Notes under the pieces: generated by a model
Database searches by the model: none
The model's input: the letters and a program-made list of their open reading frames with translations, nothing else
What the model was told of the DNA's origin: nothing
Program-made: the position numbers and the translations under genes
Assembly (NCBI RefSeq): GCF_009914755.1
Contig: NC_060944.1
Length of the DNA: 64,000 nucleotides
Origin: the human T2T-CHM13v2.0 reference genome, Homo sapiens
Direction: 5' to 3' (one strand)
Shown: positions 39,409-50,778 of the stretch, one piece after another
Layout of the letters: each line of letters starts with the position of its first letter
Numbering within the stretch: position 1 is the stretch's first letter

Positions 39409-40169
39409 CTATCAAAGGCATGTCAGACAGGGAGAACAAAGAGAAACCAGAATCACTCCACTGCAAATATCCTGCTCGGGTAGGAGGGAGAAAATGTGTT
39501 TCAAGTAGAGAAAAGAGCATCAAACCAGTAGGGTTTATTTAGAAAAATGATGGTTTCCTTTGAAAGAGAAAAGCTAAGCCTCTCTCATAACAAAAAGACC
39601 ATTATTTTAGGTATACCGTTCCAAGGAGTTAGGGCAAAAGCACTATGAAGTGTTTGGCTTTGAAGTTCCTTCCAATTTATAAGAACAAGTAAAAACAGGG
39701 ACAAATTATATTATCCTGACTTCTTAAAAAAAATCAGTGTAAACCAGATTGCCTTCTGAAAAGTCTTGACCATCTGACAAACTTTTTTCTTCACACACTA
39801 TCAGACAGCTATACTTATAAAGCTGCAAAAGCTAGAGATTTTATTCAAATTTACTTCATTTTTAACTTTTAGGCATTTTTATAAGCCAGTGTAGTGTGGA
39901 AAGCTCTTTAAACCACAATTAAAACAAATCTCAAGTATTTTCTTTAGGCCCCATTTGATTACTCAACTTGGCTCTGACAAATATTTATGGCCTGGGCAGT
40001 GGGGGACTAGTGGGGTCTGAGGAAGAGGCATTATGAAAAAAATAAATCTTCCAAATGAAGTTGTCTTAAGTGTGAATCGGAAGAAATCTCTGAACAATCC
40101 TTATTGTTTGCATTAAGCTGGGGGCTTTAGAAAACATATGTTTTTGAAGTAATAGCAATAACAAAATAA

Positions 40170-40420
40170 TTAGAATCATAATTATAGTTAGCATTTATTG
40201 GATACTCATTATATGCCAAGGACTACATTAACCAGTTTACATGAATTGGCTCAATTAATCTTCACAATCCCCCCTACGAGGTATTAACCATTATTCACCC
40301 TATTTATCAGATGAGAGGCCCAAGACTGAGGGTTGAGCTCACTTGATGGAGGTATGGGGTAGAGTCAAGATTTAAACTCAGGCCAATCTAGAGCCCACTT
40401 TCATCACACTACTCTAGATT
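40170..40420 (-). mobile_element. MIR
   Basis: gcatttattggatactcattatatgccaag...ttaatcttcacaa...cagatgag. Confidence 0.7.
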
Positions 40421-40863
40421 GCAATCATGAAATTGTACAATAATTACATCCATCTGAGATACATTGAGCTAATGAACACTTCACACATATGTAGGTTTTA
40501 AGATGCTGAGAATTCCATGGTTATGCAATGGAACCCACTTATGTGACTATAAAGAAAACAGGGGGCAATAAGCTCCCTTTCTCCCAGACAGAAAGGGTTC
40601 TCAGCCAGGTGTAACTTGAGAGTGTCAACTTAGCTGTGTGCATGAAAGCTTGGACTTCCAGAGGACACAAGGACATATAATTTGTTTCAGATTGCTGCTT
40701 TTAATCTAGCTGACTATGTGTGCATTTTGGCATGAAGTTTCCGAAGCCTGTTATAGGATCTTAATTTTTCTCTGCATGGCTAGTCACCCAAAGCAAGAAG
40801 AATTAATTGTTTATCATAATGGTACACCGATTTAGCTATCCCTGATATCAAAAACCATCAAGA

Positions 40864-41194
<331 letters not shown>

Positions 41195-42113
41195 TCACAC
41201 ATACACCTGTGAGGGAGACGATCTGAAAGGCAAACTTCATGTTTTTCAGTTTTGCCTAGGGATACCTCCATTTACATACTTGAACCTTTTAGGATCACGT
41301 GAATGATCGGGTTCTCAAAAAAGTGTGGACGACAGTATCCACAAGCATAACATACTCTAACTTTATCTGCTTCCCTGACCTAGTCACAGAAAATGGACAT
41401 GGGATTCCAGGTGATGTTCACTTCAAGACTCAGAAGGAAGGATAAGATGTGGAATCCAATCCTAGTTCTGGGACTTGGTCTTGGAGTAAGTCTCTTGCCC
41501 GCTCTTCACCTCAGTTCCCCTATGGAAATGGGCATGGTATTTATTAGATTCCAACTACATGGGAGGGACCCAACTATGAACGCAATGGTACCCCACCCTG
41601 TGGGACTTAAGGTCTGAGGCAGACTCTTACAAGTGAACTGGTAATCACAGCAGGATTAGAAAGTTGTGATGGGGGAATGGAGTGAGAACAACTATGAATA
41701 TGTATCTTGTCATCCAAATGTCAGGAATTTTACTGAGGAAGAACTATGGTCAAAATTGCCTAGGCATGTTCTGTCAGCTAAGCAATGGAGACTTACCTTT
41801 GACTTTCTAAATGCCTTTTCTTTTAGGCACCCCTAAGATATATAATGAAACATTGCTATTTTACTGGGTACCACCTATGTGCCACACAGAGGGTCAGGCC
41901 TTGGGAATACAATATAACTTTTACAAAGTATTTGTAATTTCTAAGACCTTTAGTTTTTCTCAACTGCACATGTTTGGAACAAACTTTTGATGTTTCTACT
42001 CTAGATGGATTATATTCTAAAGGTAGATTTGGGACCTTAACTTTCTCTTTTCATAAGTCAGTTTTTAAAATGAGGTAAGACTGTAACTGACGGTCTGGGT
42101 ATTTTATGACTGG

Positions 42114-42515
42114 TGATACGGTTTGGATATTTGTCCCCATCCAAATCTCATGAGGAGTTGTAATAATCTTGGTGTTGGAGGTAGGCCCCGTGGGAGGTGT
42201 TTGGGTCACACGGGTGGATCCCTTATGGCTTGGTGCAGTCTTTGTGATAATGAGTGAGTTCTCACCAGATCTGGTCATTTGAAAGCATGTGGCACCTCCC
42301 TCACACTCTTTCTCTTGCTCCTGCTCCCACTGTGTGAGATACCTGCTTCCCCTTCACCTTCCACCATGATTGTAATCTTCCTGAGGCTTCCCCAGAATAA
42401 GAAGCCAGTGCTATACTTTCTACACAGCCTGCAGAACCATGAGCCAATTAAACCTCTTTTCTTGTAAATTACCCAGTCTTGGGTATTTATAGCAAGGCAA
42501 GAACAGACTAATACA
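42114..42515 (+). mobile_element. MST (MSTA/B) MaLR solo LTR
   Basis: tgatacggtttggat...gactaataca; TSD actgg/actgc. Confidence 0.9.
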
Positions 42516-45500
42516 ACTGCAGAGTTCTCCATTTCTAAGAATGTACCAGGGTAAAACCAATCCCTAATAAAAGGAAAGCTGCTTGAGGCTCAGGATCATA
42601 GATTCTTTACAAAAAAAAAAAAAAAAAAAACCCTGCCTTTGACAATTTCACTGGGCAAGTGATTTGAGTAAGGACCAGGTATTTGAGAATGAGTAGATCT
42701 TATAATATTACGTAGCCTACCTCAATCTAGGGCAGTCTTTGACACACTAGCAACTGCCTGGACTAATACATGGCCCTTGGCTGGATATAAGAGCTACTGT
42801 CCCAAACGGGACCAGACAGTGAAGCATAACAGGATCCTTTGCAGAGAAGAAAGATACTTCTCTCTTCATTACATATCATACTGGGGATGAGAAATACTGC
42901 CAGAGTCCCCACTATCATCCTTGGCTACAGTTTACTTCAATCTTACTGATTTCATATGAACTAAATATTAATGAGTGTACAGAAATGAACAGCTACAGAA
43001 ATGAACAACTAAAATATAAGGTAGGGATCTGAGCAAATGCATAAATAAATTTAAAAATCAAAATGTGTTCCCATCAAATCATCACTGTGGTGTGATTTGT
43101 AAACATTATTTTATGAAGTCAATTTCATGAGAAATGTGGAATTCTCGGGGTACAGTGTAAAAAATTCTTGACACTCTCCTAAACTATGTTTATACTGGAC
43201 AGGAAGTAAAGTTAACATAAATGTCTCTTAAATTTATTTTTGATTTGAAAGTGGCTATATTTTGAGTATGTTGAGGTTTATACTAGACATGCAAATGTTT
43301 GCTGTATCCCATTATATCCCATTATTTATGGGAGCTTTTATATTTCGATGGCATTATTTATTTTGGAATCCATCACAGTTTCCCTATATGTGGCAAAAAA
43401 GATTCTTAGACTCTGAAGGGAAAGTTGATGGCATTGTAGTAGGAGGTGTGCGGAACACCTCTCTGCAAGCAGAACTGGTGTGGATGAGTACAGAAATAGT
43501 ATAAGCAATTTTAAATGTGCCATGGAGTGATCCTATTTAGAAATAAAAAGTCAAGAAAAAGTAGATAATTGGTAACTTGAATTACATATCTGTACATAAG
43601 AAGTATCTTTAAAAGTTAAATACAAAAAATATTTTTTCTGATAGCTTTTAATGAAATAATGCTCTGTGTCAACAAATACGCTATTTTTCCATTCTTGGTG
43701 AAACACTGTAGTCCAGTCCTTAGCTGAAAGAAATAGGCAGAACATAAGGTACATTGTAAATATTCAGTTCAAAGTCTTCTTTTACTACTCAGGCTATTTC
43801 CTTCAAAAGGAACAAATTGAGGAAATGAACAGGAAGCGGCACTTACATCCACTCAGATCACTGCGGGCTCTCAGAGAACATGAAACGGTCCAGGTCCTCA
43901 GGGAGTCATTAACAGTTGTCCCTAAACATTCTAATTATGTACCAGACGGTCAAATTCAGTATACACATCATGACAAGGTCTGGCCTAAGGACTGCCATCT
44001 AATCTCCAGAAGCCCATAGCCAAGCTTTGCTTCTGAAATACAGGCAAACCTGGCTTTTTATTAGATTTAACAAAATTACAAATTCTCCTGTCCCTGTTCC
44101 AACCATAGCACATATTTCTAATCCTTCCTTTTTTCAACTACACATACTATACTGATAGTTCTAATTAGAGCTATTATGTCTCAAGTACCTATTATGCCCC
44201 AACAATTTGAAAATGGAGATTTGGGGAAAGAGACGACGAAGATTTGGGGAAAGAGACAATGAAGATTTGTTATAGCCTCAAACATCAGCCAGGTTGTAAG
44301 AAACAGGGAACAAAGATAACATGCAGGAACAAGCACAAATGATGTATATGGTAAATAACCAGACAGGTTCCTATCCATTTCCAGTAGAGAAGCCTGCCTT
44401 TGCTATGAGGGGATCTTGTCTTAATTAACACTACACTGTCTTCGAAGGCTTGGCAAATACATCTGAATTGGATTTTGCCAAGACGTGGCCATATATGCTA
44501 CAGATACATCCTGTCCATCCCTGTGAAGGATGGGACTTAACAATAGCCTGGTGTGGAGAAACAGTGCTAACCTTATCTCATTTCTAAAGTGAGTCTGGAA
44601 GACTCACATCAGGAAACAAATACAAGTTTTGATATATATCCTGAGGGATAAGTTACCCAGAAGATGGCAAACTGTTGGACATTGGTACTTGTAGAATATC
44701 TTAAGTTTAGCGGCCTTTGGATAACTCCAAAAGGTTTAGTTGACATTTCCAATCCATGATTCTCACCAGAATCAATTATTTCTTCTACATAGATCTGAGC
44801 CGACCAACATTGTTTCAAGGTTTGGAAATATTGAATATTGGATGAATGTTTCAACTTGAAACTATTAAAAGTGTCACTATTTTTCTCTAGATCACCAAAG
44901 ATCATTGTATTAAGTGGTCATCATCTTTGAACAATGTATCAATTAACGGCTGATTTTAAAAAGATTAAATATGGGGTCTATTATACCTGACTGATAATGT
45001 CGCAACAACTGCTAAGTGGCTCTCACTATTAAGCATGAATGCAGACAGGTTAGGACCCTCAGGGAAAAGTGGATATTCTCCCTTCTATTATAATTGTACA
45101 ATGTCATTGATTAATCATGAAAAGTACCACTGATGTTCACTCACTGATTTTTTGCTGAGCCCTGGCTTTGGGTCAAACCATGCTGAATGCTAAGGCCCAG
45201 GAGAAAATAAAAGGCAGGGATGCACTTCCAGCCAAAGAAGCAAAAGTAAACATACAAACTTATGTGCATCAAATTCACGCTATGACTGTGTCTAAGCTTT
45301 CTTTTACAGAGCTAAAAAAGCAGAGCGCAAAGAGAAGTAAGATCCATGCAAGGAAATAAAAGGAATTGAAAAGAAACTTGTAAGGCAATCCTTGAAAACA
45401 ACAACTCATACAGACAGAATTATTAATGTCTAGAATTCCAAGAAAACAAATTTACAGGTCAGTTAAGAATCAACTTAGCAATACTTGGAAATATATATTT

Positions 45501-46429
45501 CTAGCATAGTCATTCCTATAAAAAAATCAATAAAAAATTTTACCAATGTCAAGAATAACAGTGACTATGAAATGGCTTTGGCACTGTGGACAAATATATA
45601 TATTCTAGAGTAGAAAAGTCTAGATTTAAGTCCCAATTCTCAACCTAGTAATCCTTTTTGAGTCTAAATTTCCAAATCTGAAATGGAGTTCCACGTGAAT
45701 TCCTACATTCCAGTAGGATCACCATAAATATCAAAAGGAACAAAATATGAGCAAGAAGTCCTACATTGTAAACCACAATATAAACAGTGACTGGGATTGC
45801 TGTCACCCCTATAACCCACTACACCTTCAGCAACAAAAGATTTTAACCAGATAGTAAAAGGCAGGAGGAGTGACTTATAATAGAATCTCTTTCCTTCTCA
45901 TCAACTAGTTTATTCAATTCCATCCCTCATAAAGAAGGCATTAGCATACTACAACACTGCATCCTTAACAAGAGATTTGATGGTGATGGTTTGAAAAATG
46001 TACTGTTTAAGAAACAGTGGAGAGACGGAAGGGTGTTGGAGGTAAAGGAGAAAAATCAGAGGAGGCAGATATATGAGAAGTGTCTTCTCTGAAGGGTTGT
46101 GTATAATGCAGATTACAAAATACACTTGTTTTATTCTGCAACAGAGGGTGCCACGGATGAACAGACTCTGCAGATGGAGATCACAATAAGGGAGATTACG
46201 GAAAGAATAGTGTAACAGTAAGAGCAGCTCCCAATGAAAAAACTGCTTCAGAGGTAGAAGGCAATCAGCCCATCCATGGAGGTACTCAAATTGAATATGT
46301 AACTTAAAAGGTCCTAGGGCATACTCTTCCCGGTACCTTAATGTTTCCATTAGGGAGAAGTCCTACAAGTTTTATCTGAGTCTTATCTGTAATAGAGCTT
46401 TGGGAACCTTGACATAATACATCCATGGA

Positions 46430-46836
46430 AAATTAATTGCCGGTCCTAATTCTTCTCTCCCTATAGTAGTAGTACATATCCTGAGTCTCACCATGGCCTC
46501 TTGATGGACGGAGGGTACTTCCTTGCCCCTTGATTTGGGGCTTGGTCATGTGACTTGTGTTGGCCAATGAGATGTTAGCAGACACAGGCAAAGGCTTGCA
46601 GGACTGCCCTTCTGTGTTTCTGTCATCACCACGATGGCTACTGCCCCTTGTGAATAGATCCCAAAATGATATGTGTGGAGCAGACCGACCCTGGTTGAGC
46701 AACAGATGACCTGCAGCCTACAGCACAGCCACTCCAATCTACTTGCAAAGCAGCAGAATAAAATAAAAACTTTTTTTAATGTGCCACTGAAATTTGGGGG
46801 GGTTGTTTGCTATTTGGCAATTGCAGACTGATATAA
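46430..46836 (+). mobile_element. Old MLT1 (H/I/J-type) MaLR LTR
   Basis: ggcttggtcatgtgacttgtgttggccaatgagatgttagcaga...gccactgaaatttggggg.ttgtttgcta. Confidence 0.75.
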
Positions 46837-47489
46837 CATCTGTCACAATAGATATTCTAAGGAATGAGGCAGAGTTGTCTAAGCTACATACTGGAAATTG
46901 TGTAACTAAATTAACAAAATGACCTCATTAGAAACTGGTCTATCCAATAAGCCGGGTTGATCATCAAAGGAGCATTAATAAAAGTGGCTCTAATCTATTT
47001 ATCATACAAAGCTTTAAATCATCTGGGAAAGAGAATGTAAGCAAAAATTACTGTAATTACTACTGCTGGAAGGCTTAAGTACTCTCTTCCAAAGGGATGC
47101 ATGCACATTTTTAAAGTAATGAGAACAGGGAGACACACTGTTTTGAAATGTTTTTCAACAAAGACTAAATAAATTCATCCTGCCAACCACAAGTCTGTAA
47201 AACAGGCAGCTGTGCACAAAATGGATTTTAATCAAATTCAGATGAAATCACTATTTCAAAAGTATTCAAAGAGCTATTGTCTAGAATGTATTAAGAAGTC
47301 CCACAATATAAATGTTTATGCCTATATTATAACAATGCAGAATGCCACATAACCAAGATGTATGCGTCTATTTTTTTCTGATTCAGAAACTCATTACAGC
47401 CGAGATGTCGTTATAGCAGGCTGAATACTCAGACTCTCATAGTTGCTCCACTCTAGGGGTGCTGTAGGCTTAGAACTCCTGAAGAAACG

Positions 47490-47551
47490 AGCAGAGGGAG
47501 CTCCTAGGATTGAAGCCACAGCAGAGGGAGCTACTAGGATTGACATCACAG
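47490..47551. repeat. 30-bp tandem duplication (2 copies)
   Basis: gcagagggagctcctaggattgaagccaca / gcagagggagctactaggattgacatcaca. Confidence 0.9.
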
Positions 47552-49782
47552 TGGATAATGGCACCAACAATACTCCACTGGCTTCCACAGGCATCACGAC
47601 AACCTTAATACTTACTTCACAGAGAGTAAATCAAACTCTCACACAGAGGAACTATATTTTATCTCGAGGTACAAAGTATGCTTAGGTGAGAGAAGTGACA
47701 TGCTGAATCTGAATGCTGCAAGCTGCTTCTATTATGTGGTACAATCTGAACATGATCCTCATTGTGGCCTTCTTAGATCATAAAGCAGACTGCAGAAGTT
47801 ATAATGAGTGATATGATTTTTATACGATGCTCGTATCTGCTGCATGTTCCATCTCTGAGAAATCCTAAAGGCCATGATTTACAACATGGTGGAATTATGC
47901 TTCTGTACCTGTGCGAATAAGCACATCTGTCTAATATTTAACACTCTTTGTTAAAATTATGTACAGTTTATTTATCACTCCCTTCTTCCTGACCATGGCA
48001 TCCCTCTGCTGGCATCTTAAAATTTATTCCCTCTGCCCTTCATAATCATTAATTGTTTTTCTTTCTTTCTTTTTTAACTTGGACAAGACTACTGCAGTAT
48101 AACTCTTTTTCTTATCAAGAAAATATGAGAAAATACTGGATGGAACAACTTGAAAAAAGGAATGCAAAATATATTAGTTTTAAAAAGTTAAAAAAATAAA
48201 AATAAATTAGGAGAAATATTATTAAGATATTAGAAAACTATCATGGTACATTTTAGGAGTGTTTGTTCATGAGGGAAGATGACCTACCAACCAAGATAAT
48301 GACAAATTAGTGACTATTTTTAATGATGTCCTCATCAAAGAGTTAAAAGCCTTTAGGTATAAGGTAATAAGGTATTTATGTGTGGGGGTAGGGGGTGCTT
48401 TGGAAATGAAAAACATGAGAATCCAATTGCCTCAAAAAACCAAATGCCTCCACTGGTCAGAAGCACACATGGCTGCAGCCACCAGTCTGTGGATCGTAAC
48501 ACATTCTCCAATTCCCTGTCTTTTCCTGTTCATGTCTGCAACACTAGGTAGAGGAAAATAGGTGGGAATGTAGACCCAGTGTGGGTAGCTTGTCATTTCC
48601 TCCATCAGGGGAAAGAGGGAAGATGAGCAGTTCCTGGCCAAAGGAAGATGGTAAGTTTCTGTGTGTGTTAAGCTTTGACACCATCTCCGTCATTGGTTAG
48701 GAACAGAAATGAAGAAGGCACTACAACATTTATGTTGCACTTATCCAAAGATTTGACCAGAATAGAAAATGCCCCTTCCATGCCACGAGAATCACTGACT
48801 CACTCAGCTGCATCCAACGTCCACTGAGAGCTATTGTGGGCTAAAGATGGTTTGGCTGAGAGTGGATGGAGGGTGGGCTGAGCAAGACAGAAGCACGTCT
48901 CCTTCTTTCTGAGAACTCTAGATTTAGGAGAACACACACCTGAGAGGGGAGAACAGTGGCAGAGCACCTAGGGTCAGGTGAAATTAAAAACAAATACAAA
49001 ATATGTAACCTGATAGGATTTTTGGACAGAGGGGGAGAGGAAAGGGTTGATCAGAGGAGCTAGAGACCCTGAAGAGCACAGTTTGCAGCCTCTTACCTAG
49101 GAGGAGGCAGCTGACTACTGGGTGGAGCTTCATGGAGAGAGAAGCTCCACCCTGGGCAGATGCAGCAGGGAACTCGCCTGAGAAGGGAGGCCAGCAAACT
49201 GACCAGCTGGGGCCAGTAGGAGACCTCAATCAAAGGTTATAAGTGGTGGCTGGGTGAGATGCCAGAGGAAGGTACCTCTAAGGGGACTATATATTTGACA
49301 AGACAGCAGAAAGAAGCCACGAGAGAAAGTGAGACTCTGAGATAAAGAGACTTACAGGATAGAGAGACAAAAGTTCTGAGAAAGAACTGGAATATGGTGG
49401 TGGTGAGGGATATGGGTTAGGTGGAATAGCCACAAATACACCAAGTGAGGAGCTGAAATCGCAAGAGTTAAAAGGGAATCATCAAGAAGTATGAAAGGAG
49501 GAAGGTAAAGGCAATTAAGTGAGGAAGAAGACACTGCAGGGCATGCATCACTGTCTCGATTCCGCATACCATGGTGATGGGAGGACACTTTCAATCCCCG
49601 GGTCCTCATAGGAAGCTTGATGTATCACTAATGTGCTCTGCTACATAATTATCCTAATCACAGCTGAAACCAAGGATGTCAATGAAGGTCACTGCTAGAC
49701 TGGGCACTTTTTCAGGCAGCACAGATTAGCCTGCTGGAATCCAGTAGGCACAGACAGATTCCAAGCCACCACACTATAAATC

Positions 49783-50053
49783 GACACGAAAACAAACAAT
49801 CAGAAATGCTTTAATCACCTCACAAATAATGAAGCAGGCACAAATTTACAAGCCTGAGTTTCAAGAAAATGAAGCAAGGTGATGATAAAGATATTTTATT
49901 GGGGCTCTGCTATTAGCTGTTTTTATTTTATTGTAGATATTTAAAATAGTTACATTTTCAATTTTAGAGGTCTGCATTTTTCCAGTTCCAATTCAATTAG
50001 CTACACGGAGATATTCATATTGCCTTGACTGTTTTCACAATGCTTATTTTATT
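49783..50053 (-). terminator. Polyadenylation signal cluster of the alternative terminal exon
   Basis: Minus-strand AATAAA at 50053-50048, 49932-49927, 49927-49922 and 49900-49895. ATTAAA at 49815-49810 is followed by GT-rich attgtttgttttcgtgt. Confidence 0.65.
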
Positions 50054-50097
50054 AATGATCTCAAAAAACATGTAGTGCATCTTTAAAAGTCTCCTCC

Positions 50098-50778
50098 TTA
50101 GAGTCTTGTCAAATGTGAGATTAGCCAAAGAGCCTCATCTTGAGAATTGAAAGTAAGTTTCCAGACCTCAGGTGCGACATTCTGACTGCCTTGAAGATAC
50201 AATGGGGTGGTGAACAACTGGACATTTGGGGCTTCCTGAAGGTGCTCAGGTGGACTATTTCTGGAACCCACTGAAGGTTTGAGTTTCTGTAAGAAGACTA
50301 GTTCTACTGTTGACACATTTTTCTTTTCTGGAACAACAACACACCTGAATTCACTTAAAGCATGGCATTTGATCACATCAAATTGTGCACCCGGAGGAGG
50401 TATGTTTCGAGATCGAATGCGTGGATAAAAAACACAGTCTTCCTTCACCAGTGCAATGTGGGTGTTCAGAAGGACTAGCGACTGGCACTGGTCATGGCCA
50501 GAGTCACCCATGACTTTCACTGTTGTGTAGAGCAGTAACTGAACTTCTGCCAGGGAAGGGACATTGACTTCCATATTTCCATGAAGAAAGTAAATCATGT
50601 CAACCAAGGTAGTCTGGAATTTGGATGACACCTGAACTCCATTTGGCAAAACTAAATCAGGGATTTCTGTTTTCCAATCAAGAGAAAGCTGAACCAGATC
50701 TTGCTGGAGCAAGGGATGATTAGCGCAGGCAGCGGCATCAGGCTCTGGCATCAGGACACACAGGAGGTCACGACACAG
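50098..50778 (-). CDS. KIF16B: KIF16B alternative terminal exon, short form (226 aa LCRDLLCVL...LISHLTRL*; replaces the PX domain)
   Basis: Acceptor ctctctcaacag|CTG at 50778 is phase 0. 1166+226=1392 aa matches the size I recall for a known KIF16B isoform. Stop TAA at 50098 is followed by several AATAAA. Confidence 0.85.
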   Translation of the reverse strand: MCRDLLCVLMPEPDAAACANHPLLQQDLVQLSLDWKTEIPDLVLPNGVQVSSKFQTTLVDMIYFLHGNMEVNVPSLAEVQLLLYTTVKVMGDSGHDQCQSLVLLNTHIALVKEDCVFYPRIRSRNIPPPGAQFDVIKCHALSEFRCVVVPEKKNVSTVELVFLQKLKPSVGSRNSPPEHLQEAPNVQLFTTPLYLQGSQNVAPEVWKLTFNSQDEALWLISHLTRL

